Below, piece by piece: positions 12,101 to 23,100 of a DNA stretch of 64,000 bases (the stretch's first letter is position 1; each line of letters starts with the position of its first letter). Origin of the DNA: Callorhinchus milii (Eukaryota); the NCBI RefSeq assembly GCF_018977255.1, contig NW_024704772.1:1488001-1552000 (forward strand), read 5' to 3'. A program made the position numbers and the translations under genes. The notes beneath the pieces were generated by a model. That model had not been told where the DNA came from. It searched no databases and worked only from the letters and a program-made list of their open reading frames with translations.

Positions 12101-13994
12101 ATCACTTCAGACACCATTTTATTCCTCACCGATGCCACGCACAGCGCTTGCCAACTAACTAACTAACCGGTTGTTGGGTTTAACCCTGGCATTTTTGTGC
12201 TGATTGTTTAAGCCCCGTCGTTTTATTTTGCCTGCACATCCTCACCGCACTGCAACGTTCCAGATTGCAGTGAGGGAGCGCGTGCGGGGACAGGTGCATT
12301 AATTCAAGGCAGGGCAGCGGAGTGGGGAAATTCTCCCTTTGCCCGGTCCCCATCAATTCTATTATTTCTCTCTTTCCTCCCTTCTCCCCCTCTCAGGTCT
12401 ACCCACTCATGTTTAAGAATGAACGCCCTGCTGTTGAACTCATCCCCCCCCGAAACAACAACAACAACAAAATATTGCCTGTATATAGGTCCCTCCAAGA
12501 GGCAGTGACCATGTGTAGGGTTTAGGTGGGAATCTGCGACTGGGGAGCCTGTACCCTCCACCCCCTCCCCACTTCTTCCCACCCAACCTCCCTCCTTTCA
12601 AATTGCAAAGTATGTTACAGACCAACCCTGTGAACAGTATGGGGTGCAAATTAAAATTAAATGGGCGCTAAGGGATGGCAGGCGGGGGAGTAGGCAGCAG
12701 AATGGGGGGGGGGGGAGGAGAAAGGCATCAGCATTACTGCAGTCAGCGAGAGCCCGCTATTTAAATAAAAGGGCAACAACAACAAATTACATTTGTATAG
12801 AGCCGTTTATGTTGGGAGGACATCCCAAGGTGCTGGACAATATCCCACCACCCAAACACCTGGGGGAAGGGGCGGTTCAGGGAGAAAGACAGGAAGAGTG
12901 GTGCAGATCAGAGGCATCGGGGAATTAATGGAATTTGAAGAACAGTTTGTCTCACACACACACACACACATACATGTATATACTGTATACAAAAATAGAT
13001 TATATGCACATAGAAAACCTATATCAATTGTGTACATGTCTCACACATACGCTGTACGTAAAATAGATTTTATGCAGCAGACGTTTTAAAAATATGATTT
13101 TATATAAATTGAATACATATATCGTACGAACATAAGATAGATTTAGATATATAATAGAGATTAGATGAATACGGAATATATAAATTGCACACATTTGGAC
13201 AAATGTATACAATATAGATATACAAAAATATACAGATTATCTGCCAATATAGAAATTGACTGTTGTACAATAGACCATATATATTGACTATAGACTGTTG
13301 TCCCTACACATCACACAACAAAATTACATTTGTATAGCGCCTTTCACACACACTTATCTGAGTACATACATTATCACACGCAAACTATATAGCTATAGCA
13401 CAGCATATACATTATGACCATATATATGTATATAATCCCAGGCATAAATGATATGATAACGCTGTTCCAATAAATAATAACAAGACCTATGTTTTGCGGT
13501 GTCAGTCACCCACAAAATGTACAGTCAATGTCGTGAGGCGCTTCCGAGACGTCTTGAAGGCGTGACAAAGGCGCTGTGTCAACCGCAACGATTATTATTA
13601 GTATTATCGATTATCATCATTATTAACGATGATGATTAATAAGAAAACGATTTAAAGGGGGGGCCCCCCCAACCCCCACAACCACACACCCCCACAACCA
13701 CACACACCCCCCACCCCCACACACACACCCCCTCCTTATACACAGAGAGTGAGTGTGGTGGGGGGGGGAGGGGGTTAAAGAACAGGGAGCAATGCCCCAA
13801 TTGTGGGGGGTGGGGGTGAGGGGTGAGTGGGGGGGGGGAAGAGCTTTCTGTCTGTCTCTCTGTGTGTCTATGTCACTGACCCCCCCCCACCACACCCCCC
13901 CCCCCCCCTCTCCCTCGGCCCACTTACAGTTCCTAATGTCCGAGATGAACACCGCCAGCCCCCTCATCCCGTCGCCTTTCGACACGGCCGGCAT
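1..13994 (-). CDS. AP2A1: AP-2 complex subunit alpha (alpha-adaptin), coding exons 1-14; gene continues beyond the left edge
   Basis: Spliced translation [63 protein letters not shown]...; all introns GT-AG with consistent phases. Exons 13928-13994, 7436-7504, 5697-5839, 4983-5176, 4349-4478, 3741-3842, 3219-3327, 2760-2910, 2281-2449, 1733-1870, 1310-1492, 1079-1176, 558-789, <1-119. A1 rather than A2 is inferred from residues ([28 protein letters not shown]) and linkage to PRMT1; some positions are A2-like. Confidence 0.9.
200..535 (-). mobile_element. L2 3' remnant in AP2A intron 13
   Basis: '[19 protein letters not shown]' plus L2-type tail. Confidence 0.65.
558..789 (-). CDS. AP2A1: AP2A exon 13 (PLVQFNLL...STDVL)
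   Basis: 232 nt, AG/GT. Confidence 0.95.
1079..1176 (-). CDS. AP2A1: AP2A exon 12 (ALQAPACH...GDPRS)
   Basis: 98 nt, AG/GTGAG. Confidence 0.95.
1310..1492 (-). CDS. AP2A1: AP2A exon 11 (VLKVAILA...KTVFE)
   Basis: 183 nt, AG/GTGAG. Confidence 0.95.
1733..1870 (-). CDS. AP2A1: AP2A exon 10 (TERDVSVR...IREEI)
   Basis: 138 nt, AG/GTGAGT. Confidence 0.95.
2281..2449 (-). CDS. AP2A1: AP2A exon 9 (EPNLLVRAC...INALK)
   Basis: 169 nt, AG/GTGAG. Confidence 0.95.
2760..2910 (-). CDS. AP2A1: AP2A exon 8 (EDTAVKGR...IIHYD)
   Basis: 151 nt, AG/GT. Confidence 0.95.
3219..3327 (-). CDS. AP2A1: AP2A exon 7 (IVSSASTD...CYPPP)
   Basis: 109 nt, AG/GTAAG. Confidence 0.95.
3741..3842 (-). CDS. AP2A1: AP2A exon 6 (GVVTAATS...SRLSR)
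   Basis: 102 nt, AG/GTAAG. Confidence 0.95.
4349..4478 (-). CDS. AP2A1: AP2A exon 5 (DTMDSVKQ...NDQHL)
   Basis: 130 nt, AG/GT. Confidence 0.95.
4510..4920 (-). mobile_element. Deu-domain-type SINE in AP2A intron 4
   Basis: GGATCTTTAACGTCCACCTGA...TTTAACATCTCATCCGAAGG is the reverse complement of the same core. Confidence 0.62.
4983..5176 (-). CDS. AP2A1: AP2A exon 4 (GYLFISVLV...ILVAG)
   Basis: 194 nt, AG/GT. Confidence 0.95.
5697..5839 (-). CDS. AP2A1: AP2A exon 3 ([12 protein letters not shown]...EKQI)
   Basis: 143 nt, CAG/GTGAGT. Confidence 0.95.
7436..7504 (-). CDS. AP2A1: AP2A exon 2 ([22 protein letters not shown])
   Basis: CAG acceptor, GTACG donor, 69 nt. Confidence 0.95.
8265..8578 (-). 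mobile_element. tRNA-derived SINE, long form
   Basis: Same head, central block and tail as 57160-57595, on minus. Confidence 0.7.
9118..9545 (+). mobile_element. Older Deu-domain-type SINE
   Basis: GAGTCAGAA...TTCAAG head; CAGATGAGAAACCAAGGTCCC...TCAGGTGGACGTTAAAGATC..CATGGCAC core resembling the recalled Deu domain (SacSINE1/LmeSINE1/AmnSINE1 class). Confidence 0.65.
10562..10888 (-). mobile_element. Full-length young tRNA-derived SINE (short form)
   Basis: tRNA-like head with A box (GCTCAGTGGTTAGAGC) and B-box-like GAGTTCAATTCC, body, L2-like 3' end and (ATT)n tail; about 9 differences from the copy at 57612. Confidence 0.88.
13928..13994 (-). CDS. AP2A1: AP2A exon 1 ([22 protein letters not shown])
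   Basis: ATG at 13994, donor GTAAGT, phase 1. Confidence 0.95.
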
Positions 13995-14149
13995 CTTGTC
14001 TTGTGTGTGTGTGTGAGGGGGGGGGTTGTCGAGTGAGAGAGACTGCGGTGAGGAGAGAGAGAGAGGGAGAGAGGGAGGGAGGGTGGGTGGGCCTCGAAGC
14101 CTGGGCTAGTATTTTTTTTTCCCCCCCCCACTTCAAACGCTGAAGGAGG

Positions 14150-15180
14150 CGGAGGAGGCCGTGTGTTTTTTTTTTCGCCACCGCCAGCAGCAGGCCCCGG
14201 ACTGTCACTGAGGGGGAGCGGGAGCGAGCGAGCGGCCGGAACTGGGCGGGACCGCCAGGCCTTGCCCCACCCCGCCCCCCCCTTTTCCCTCCCCTCCGAT
14301 TGGTCCGCCCTCCCGTCCGTCAAGCCGACCCGACCGCCGATTGGTCCGGCGCTCACGTCGACCCGCGCCGACGTCACCCCGAGCGGGAAGCCCGCCCCTC
14401 CCACCCCCCATCGGCCTCGCCTTCCCGCCCACCGCCCGCGCCGCTGTCCGTCAAGCTGCTCGATCGCCCGCCTCTCGGCCGCGAGCGGCGACGCGATTGG
14501 CTCGCGGAGCTGTCGGTCAAGATGGGGGCGGGGGCGGAAACGGCGCGCCCCCGACGCCTGGCTGCCATTGGACGGTTGGCCTGTCCGTCGGGCAACCCGC
14601 TTCCGGATTGGCTGAGTGGGCGTTGGGAGGCGGGAACTTGGTGGTGGGATGGGCTGAGCTGCCGAGGGTGAGCGACGTCGGTGACGTGTTTTGAAAGGTT
14701 TTTGAGTGGGTTTTTTTTCCCCCCCTTCTGTTTTAAACGAATAAATCGACGAGGGGCCGATTGTGATGCGTTTAAACCGCGAATGGAGCCGATGGTCGAG
14801 GGCCCAAAAAAAGAACTCACACCCTCTTTCCCAATGGTCGCTCGCCTCACCCGCTTACCCACCCTCTGATTGGTGCAAGGGCACGTCAATCAAACTCAGG
14901 CGCCGGAAGGACACGCCCTCTCGCCGTCGATTGGTTGCACTGACACGTCAATCAAATCCGGGCGGCGGAAGGACACGTCCTCCCCCCTTTCGCCGCCGAT
15001 TGGTTGCACTGGCACGTCAATCAAATCGGCCAACCGGTTTCCCCCTCCCGGTCAGTCGAGCGTGCCCTGCTCTGATTGGTCTGTCGCCGCGTCAATCAGG
15101 AGAGTGCCCGCCTCACACCGTCCCTGATTGGGCAGGAGTAAATGCGGCTCAAGCTGATTGGACAAGACCGGTGCCATTCA
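14150..15180 (-). promoter_or_regulatory. AP2A CpG-island promoter with many CCAAT boxes, GC boxes and repeated TGAnnGAC-N9/10-CCAAT modules
   Basis: High CpG density upstream of exon 1; ATTGG at 14299, 14340, 14496, 14567, 14869, 14930, 14999, 15075 and others; several GGGCGG boxes. Confidence 0.8.
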
Positions 15181-15489
15181 TTAAAGTGATCAGTTCACAC
15201 ACCAACAATACTATAGCGATTTATCAATGAATTCTGTCCCCCCAACACACCACACACTACACACACCTTATAGTGATAGGGATCCTGACGTTTGATTATG
15301 GCGCCTTATGTCTCGAGATTTGCTGCAAAGTGTTTTCGCCCACAAAACCCACAGTCACTCCACGTTGCAGTGTATGCCTGTGAAGCGCTCTGAGGCGTCT
15401 CAACCCCCATGACGAGGCGCATAGATGGGTTATCAAGCGTAGTGACCGTGCGCACTCTTGCCTCGTGTCGGTCGAGAATCTTTGGGGGG

Positions 15490-15835
15490 GGGGTTCAAGC
15501 CCCCATATCGGGGACTTTGAAAGGCTGAGGTCCCAGTACAGTGCTGTACTGGGGCGTGGGGTGGGGAACACTGCATTGCCAGAGGTGCCAACCTTCGGGT
15601 TACACTGAGCTCCTGCCTGTCCGTGCCTTGTTCAGGGGACGTTAACGATCCCATGACACTATTTAAAGTGAGAAGGGAGTTTCTCCCTCGCTCGGTGTCC
15701 TGGCCCACGACATGGCTGTTTGCGGCGACGTTGTTGTTGTTTGTGCAAATTGGCTGCTGCATCCACCCACCGTTACTATGCTTTCAGGCGTCTCAGCGGT
15801 GTGATAAAGCACTGTATCAAATCCAACGATCATTA
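15490..15835 (+). mobile_element. Deu-domain-type SINE
   Basis: GGTTCAAGCCCC...TCAGGGGACGTTAACGATCCCATGACACTATTT...CAAATTGGCTGC. Confidence 0.6.
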
Positions 15836-17879
15836 TCGTTTCCGGGCATCAGCTATGGATTGGAGGAACAAATAATGTTGTGGCACAAAATAGGAGTACA
15901 ACACAGAGGATCCCCATTCAGGATAATCCATCTCTAGTCCTCACACATTTTACACAGTCATGAAGCCTTATCTACAGTACAGTATCTGAAGCCACCAGAG
16001 TGTTCTCACTCCCCTCGTGAGCACAGGGTAGACGTTGCTGATAAGTACCTTTGTGTATCTAAACGCTAAACATTGGGCAATGAGAAGAATAATCCTTTAA
16101 GATACGCTAATATTTGATTAAGCAGCAACCAGCCTACGCTCTGGTTGGAAGAGAGTAGAGATCACAATGGGGAGGGAGTGTCTGCATTGACTGCACAACT
16201 ATCTACCTCATTCTGCTGGCTGACACCACCCTAGAATATCTGCTTCCAACGCCACTCAAACCCTCTCCCGCTCTGGCCACCGAGCACAGTGACATAGAGA
16301 GTCGCTAACAACTCTTATTGTAGAGAAATGCCGCAGTTATTTTGCACACAAATGGCCTTGAACTCAACAACCGATTAACCCAAAGGATCATTGGCGAGGA
16401 AGGACCTCGGGCCAAATTCTCTTTCAATAAGGGTCCACTTGAACAGGCAGATGCGTCTGCGCTGGAGCGTCAGCCTAGACTGTGAGCTCAAACGACCTCC
16501 CCCAACCTGGGGACTTGAACTCAATGTTCTGACTCCGAGACTGAGCCAGGCTGACACACACTGGCCGTTGAGAGTGTCTCCTGGCTTGTGCAAGCGGTTC
16601 ATTTTAGAGGTAGGGTGGAAACAGATCGATTCTGACCGGCTGGCTGCATTGAGAGGTATTTTTTTTCACCCAGAAGAAACATTTCAGTGCATGGCCACTG
16701 GGAGTCTCCACACAGCACTGAAGGATAGGACACATCAAAACAATCCAATTAGCTTCTCAAGTCATACGTTCTTTCACGTACAGACGCTTTAATTGGCATC
16801 TCCGACAACACACACGCGCACACACACGCAGCTCTGCGTTGCAGCGTCAGCCTGGAATGTGAGCTCAAAGCCCCGACACTGGGGACAGCCCTCATTGCAA
16901 TACAACAATCCTTGCATTTGATATACGGCGCCTTATCACGTCTTTCGGACGTCTCAAAGCCCTTCGAGGGCTATTCTGTAAAGTGGAGTGACTGTGTGTT
17001 TTGTGGGTGAACCGCGGCAGCCAATCGCGCAAAGCAGTGTCCCACAAACAGCCGCTGGTTTGAATGACCACATTATTGTTATTATATTTTTTTGATAACT
17101 TTGATTATCTGACCTGAAGATGGGGAAGAAAGGGGGCAAGGCAGAGGGCTAGAGGGAGAGTGTTCTAGAGTTTCAGGGCGTAGTGGCTGAAAGCGCGGCC
17201 ACCGATGGCGGAACGGAGGGCACGAGGGACTTGCAGGAAGCCAGAGCCAGTCGAGCAGAATCTAGGTGGGGGGGAGGGGGGTAGAGGGTTAGGTAGTAAG
17301 CAGATCGGAGAGGTAGAGATAAGGTTGTAAATTCAGGACATCAGAGAGGGAGTTCCAGAGAGCGGTGGGTGGGGGGGAAGGGGTGGGGGAATGAGGCGGG
17401 AGGGAAATGGGGCTGGAGGTAAATCAAGATGGAACGAGGGGAAGTGCAAATGAAAGGCCCCCAATAAAATGAGCTCATGGAAACTCCTGCCTGCCAATGG
17501 TGAGGCACACCTCATCTGGTTCCCATCACTGGCAAATAGCTCTCACGCTAAGTGCTGCCAGGAGGCAGGTAAGCAACATGCAAATAACACGTCCCCTGCT
17601 CAGTCCTTTCGAAAACGCTTCCAGCTGTTGACCTGGCAAAGGAACAGGCATTTTGGGAACCCAGCCCAGGAAGGGGCTGCCTTGTATCCTCTGAATTCAG
17701 TTGTCCCCTGGGATCTATGAAGCCATAAAACTTATATTTATGGAGTTCTTGAGGAGTGGAGGAAAGGGTAGGGAGCATTGTTTAGTTTAGTGTAGATTAT
17801 TTCAGCGCAGTAATCTGTATACATTCAATATACTTAATATCCCACAGGGCTTCACAAGGGAGATTCATGTTGACGACAT

Positions 17880-18176
17880 ATCTGTCACAAAACAGATCGT
17901 CAGCCCAGACACTGGGAGAGAGAAACTCCCTTTCTATTTTACCCGACAGTGCTGCGGGAGATCTTTAACGTCCGCCCGAATAGGGCAAATTCAGGGAGTG
18001 AGGTTTAATGTTTCATCCAAAGGACGGCACCTCCAATGATGCAACAAAACCATCCCTCAGCGCTGTATTGGAGCGGGAACTTAGACTGTGTGGTTCCAAG
18101 TCCTGATGTGGGGATTTGAATCTACAACTTTTTGACTCAGGAGGTGAGAACGCTGCCCACTGAGCCGGGCTGACAC
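17880..18176 (-). mobile_element. Deu-domain-type SINE whose 5' end runs into a tandem repeat
   Basis: GATCTTTAACGTCC...GGTTTAATGTTTCATCCAAAGG...GACTCAGGAGGTGAGAACGCTGCCCACTGAGCC. Confidence 0.65.
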
Positions 18177-18932
18177 ACACACACACACACACTGAGCCGG
18201 GCTGACACACACGCACTGAGCCAGGCTGACACACACACNNNNNNNNNNNNNNNNNNNNNNNNNNNNNNNNNNNNNNNNNNNNNNNNNNNNNNNNNNNNNN
18301 NNNNNNNNNNNNNNNNNNNNNNNNNNNNNNNNNNNNNNNNNNNNNNNNNNNNNNNNNNNNNNNNNNNNNNNNNNNNNNNNNNNNNNNNNNNNNNNNNNNN
18401 NNNNNNNNNNNNNNNNNACACACACTGAGCCGGGCTGACACACACACNNNNNNNNNNNNNNNNNNNNNNNNNNNNNNNNNNNNNNNNNNNNNNNNNNNNN
18501 NNNNNNNNNNNNNNNNNNNNNNNNNNNNNNNNNNNNNNNNNNNNNNNNNNNNNNNNNNNNNNNNNNNNNNNNNNNNNNNNNNNNNNNNNNNNNNNNNNNN
18601 ACACACGCGCACACACTGAGCCGGGCTGACACACGCACACACACACACACACTGTACCAGGCTCACACGAACACACTGAGCCAGGCTCACACACACACNN
18701 NNNNNNNNNNNNNNNNNNNNNNNNNNNNNNNNNNNNNNNNNNNNNNNNNNNNNNNNNNNNNNNNNNNNNNNNNNNNNNNNNNNNNNNNNNNNNNNNNNNN
18801 NNNNNNNNNNNNNNNNNNNNNNNNNNNNNNNNNNNNNNNNNNNNNNNNNNNNNNNNNNNNNNNNACACTGAGCGGGGTGACACACACACACACTGAGCCG
18901 GGCTGACACACACACACACACTGAGCCGGGCT

Positions 18933-18965
<33 letters not shown>
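18158..18965. repeat. Gapped minisatellite, unit CACTGAGCCGGGCTGA(CA)n
   Basis: At least 10 visible units interrupted by four N gaps. Confidence 0.85.
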
Positions 18966-19081
18966 ACCCCATTTGATAACTAGCATTTGAAATATGGCAT
19001 TTTCCCCCTCTCGGCGATCCTTAAAACAAATGGACAGACAGGCAGGTTTTCATCAGAAGCTAATATCGTTTGCTTTACGCT

Positions 19082-19115
<34 letters not shown>

Positions 19116-20073
19116 CATAAAATAACTCCAGATTTAATACAAAATAATAATGGCAAGGCTTTGGACCACAGTGTTGGGGGACTTGGAAGCACCTTACAAA
19201 TCTCACACCAGACTTTCCACTTTAGACCCTGATCTCAAAGTCCCGACAGGGGGTGGGGGGGGGGGGGGGGGAAGGGGATTGAATCCACAAACTTTGTCCC
19301 ACATCCCTGCATGACATCTGACTGGACTGGGCTGCCATATCAGGCAAACCCCCTCCCCATCCACCCCCACCCATTGATTCATGCATTCCGCTCGCTGACC
19401 CCCCACCCCCATCAATCACCCCCAACTCTCCCCCTCCTCCCAGGACTGGGGGCTGTTCTTGTTTCCATGACGAGCCCATCAGCATCGCCTCCCACAACGC
19501 ACAAACCCACGGACGATTATAATAAACAGGAAACGACGATTATTTTGAAAAAAAAAGCCAACAATTTACATAGAGAACAGAATCTTTGGTGGCAGTGGGG
19601 GGGGGGGTGGGGCGGTGGTCGGGTGGGGGAGTGTGTGGGGGGTGTGGCTGTGGGGGGGTGTTGGAGGGGTTTGGATGGGAGTTTGTGTGTGGCTGTGTGT
19701 GTATGGGGGGGGAGGGTTTGGGTGGGTGACCATTACACACAAACACCCCCTCCCAGGTACAAAATAGCAGCCATTCCTGAAAGGAACAAAATGGCATCTC
19801 GTCTCCCCACCCCCCACCTCTCATGTCCCAGCCCGCAAACTCTCCCCCCCCCCCCCCACCCCGGCCCCTACCCCGACCCTTTAGGACAGTTCCACGTTTA
19901 AGTACTGGTTGTAAGGAACGAAGAATCCTTGAAGTTGAAAGTGCTGAGGGGTCGCTCCTGCCCTTCACGTGAACAAAGCGGTTGGTTCTCCGAGACACGA
20001 AGGGAAGGGCGCCGTATAAATGTAAGTTGTTGTTGGTCCCACAGCCCAAGTCCCGAGAGGAAGAGGCCTTTGC

Positions 20074-20148
20074 TCAGTAAAAATAATCATTATCCTCCCC
20101 TTTGACCAGTTGGCAATACATCACCAAAGAGAAGATGAGTCCCAGGAT
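20074..20148 (-). CDS. TSPAN4: TSPAN4-like last coding exon
   Basis: ILGLIFSLVMYCQLVKGEDNDYFY-TGA. Confidence 0.9.
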   Translation of the reverse strand: MLGLIFSLVMYCQLVKGEDNDYFY

Positions 20149-23100
20149 CTGTGTGCAGACGGAAACGTGAACAAGACGTAAGGACGTAAGAATTTTCCGG
20201 GCGAAAACTGTCCCGTACGTTTACTACTCGTGTGTAAGTCTTCCCCTCTCCCCTGGGCGGCCACACACACACACACACACACACGCGCCATCCCCTCCCC
20301 ACCCCTCCACCGAGCTGCGGGCTTGAAGCCACGACTGTCACGACCGCAGCTAAAATAGGCGGCCGGGTGACAGGGTGGGCGCCTGACACGATGTCACTGT
20401 GCCTCGGGACGTCCTCCCGACGTGCGAAGGCAGCGTGTGTCGCCTTGGCCTCTTACCTGAAGCACCGCGATACACAACCCGAATATGCAGACGGCCAGGA
20501 CGTTTTCCTTCAGCCAATTGATCACCGTGTCGTAGCATGGCTGGGGAAGGGCAAAGGGCAGCGGGTTAGACAGAGACTGACCGATCGACTGACTTGACCA
20601 ACGCAGCGACCAAATGATGCATCCAGCGCTATTCCAACTCCACTCACTCCACGCGCCCTCCGCCATTCACTCGCTATCATCATTATCATCTCCCGCACCC
20701 CCATTACCACAGAGTTAAAGCTCCCTCTACACTGTGCGTCCGTCCACACTCCCACGTCAGGGTTAGAGACACAGTAAAGCTCCTCTACAGTGAGAATGAA
20801 CTAAAGAGACATTATTATTATTATTATTATCACCATTTTCCACCACTTCTCGGCGTGTTCTGAGCAGTGAGGCCCTTGTGCAGGACAGCAGGCTTCCGGC
20901 ACTTTGGACTCGTTGAAAACACCGAACCAGTCGGTGTAATTGGTGACACCACAACACTGAAACTACAGGGAAACAAAGACCATCGTCAACAGGCAATCAG
21001 CCGTCTGCGCTTGACACACCGTCTTGCTGGCGTGACAAGAGAGAGAGAGAGAGAGAAAAAGAGAAAGAGCGCACGGGGTGAGGGGTTTACCTTAACCTGT
21101 ACCAGATCCCAGGCTTTGGTCAGGCCCCTGTTGTCCGGCTTGTCGTAAAATTTGAGTCCTTTCTTCAAGTCGTCTTTAGCGTAAGAGTTAATCTGTAACC
21201 AACGGAAACAATCACGCACACATTTTTCGCCGCGAAAAATCCTGAGACGTACTCCCGAAGGGAAAGGCGCTGTGTCGGTTGCGAGGGCCGTTATCGGAAG
21301 GAAAAGGCTCTTACCCTCTCCTTGTAAACGAGGAAAAGGGTTCCCACAATCAGCTCCAGCACAAAGATAATCAGCAGCACGATAAAGAACTGCGGGGCAG
21401 AGAGGGAGAGAAGGGGAGAGAATGTCAGAGAGGTGGAGAAAGAGAGTGTCTGAAAGAGAGAAAGAGGAGAGAGTGTCAGAGAGAGAGAGAGAGAGCGCGT
21501 GAGAGTAAGAAAGAGCAAGAGAGAGAGAGAAAGAGAGTGAAAAGGCATTAGCGAGAGAGTGAGAGTGAAGGAGAGAGAGCGAGAGCGCTAGAGAGAGAGA
21601 GAGCGCTAGAGAGAGAGAGAGAGAGAAAAAGAACAAGAAAGCGAGAGAGAGAACGTGAGAGAGAGGGAGGGAGGGGGAGTTTTATCAGTCAGGATTGAGA
21701 CATATACATTTAATATTGACTTATGCAAAGTACGGTATGACTTATGCGTAGAATGTAATGCCTTGAACGAGACTCGGGCAGAGGCAGATGTACGGTTTGG
21801 GTGATTGATTGTACGATTTATACAGATCAGACACTGTATTATCCTCACCTGGCTCCCCCCCTCCCCAACCACCGCCCCCCCCCTCCCCAACCACACCCCC
21901 ACTCCCCCCTCTCCCCAGAGGATAGAGTTCAAATCCTCGTCCTCGCCTTCAAAGCCCTCCCCGGCCTCACGGCTGATCTGTAGCTCCACTGCAATTACCC
22001 CATATCCCCATATCCTCTGTCCTAACAACGGTGAGTGGATCCAGCGTCCACGGCTCTCGGAGGGAAAGAGAGTTCCAGATTTCCTGTGTGCGTTGGAGTA
22101 ACTGTTGGGAGTCTAAGCAGCTAAACCCACGGGTAGCTTGGCCATTGATGTTGTTGTCCGCTGTTAGGACCACCCTCTCCGCTAGTTGGGGCTTTGGTTT
22201 GCAGGGCTAACAGGAGCTGAGGGGGAGCGACTGGGCGGCCCTTTCAGTTCAGCTCTGAGAAGACGCCACTTGCCCCCTCCCCAACCCACGGAGGATAGTC
22301 CAGATTTTCCCTACCCTCTTGGGTGAAAAGGAGAGTGTTATCCCGGGAGTGAAGCTGGGGCTTCGGGATGGGATGTACTCACGGTCAGCAGGAGGCAACG
22401 GTTCTCCTTCATGGCTCCCAGGCAGCCGATGAAACCCACCACCATGATGACGGAGCCGGAGGCGATGAAGAGGTTGGCCACGGTGAGGGAGGGGAAGGAG
22501 GAGGAGAGGGTGGCGAAGTTACCCTGAGTCACAGCCAGCCACACGCCGACTCCCAGGATCCCACATCCTCCCAGCTATCAGGGCGACATCGGGGTGGGGA
22601 GAGAGGGGGGAGAGAGAGAGACACAAACATCAAGTCCTGCCCGCAGTACTCACCTCCCTAACGAGAGGACCCGGGTTTGAGTCACGCCAGGGCAAAACCT
22701 TAGGCAAGTTTCCTTACACCCCCCCCCCCCCCCCCCACCCCACACACACACACCTCTGTTTACCGCGCGGTTGGTTTGTCAAGTCTATTGGCGGGGAACG
22801 GTTTTCCGGGGGTAACAATCCCTTCAAAATAATAATAGTAATAATTTGGAGAGAGAGAGAGAGAGAATCCCTCCCACGAAATACACAGTCACTACGCTCT
22901 ACAGAACATCTTTTGAGAAGCGCTTGGAGACGGCTCGATGATAAGGCGCTGTAGCAAAGGGCGAGACTTCACATTTAACGGTGAAATCCTTTACAGAGAA
23001 AGCTCTTCGACACGTCCTCTCGGGGCGAACGTCAAGGATTCTGGTCGAAGAGTTTTGGAGCACAGTAGCGTATTGCTGACCCCATTGGGCAGAGGGGGGT

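Noticed and set aside
12233-12290. Hairpin CACTGCAA...TTGCAGTG in AP2A intron 1 as a pre-miRNA
   Set aside because: The perfect stem is only 8 bp with a bulged extension and matches no miRNA I recognise.
12960-13460. AT-rich island that could suggest foreign DNA
   Set aside because: Decayed (TA)/(CA)/(TAGA) simple repeat with no coding or terminal-repeat structure.
18158-18965. Short repeat with variable spacing resembling a CRISPR array
   Set aside because: The spacers are only (CA)n, the context is eukaryotic and there are no cas genes.
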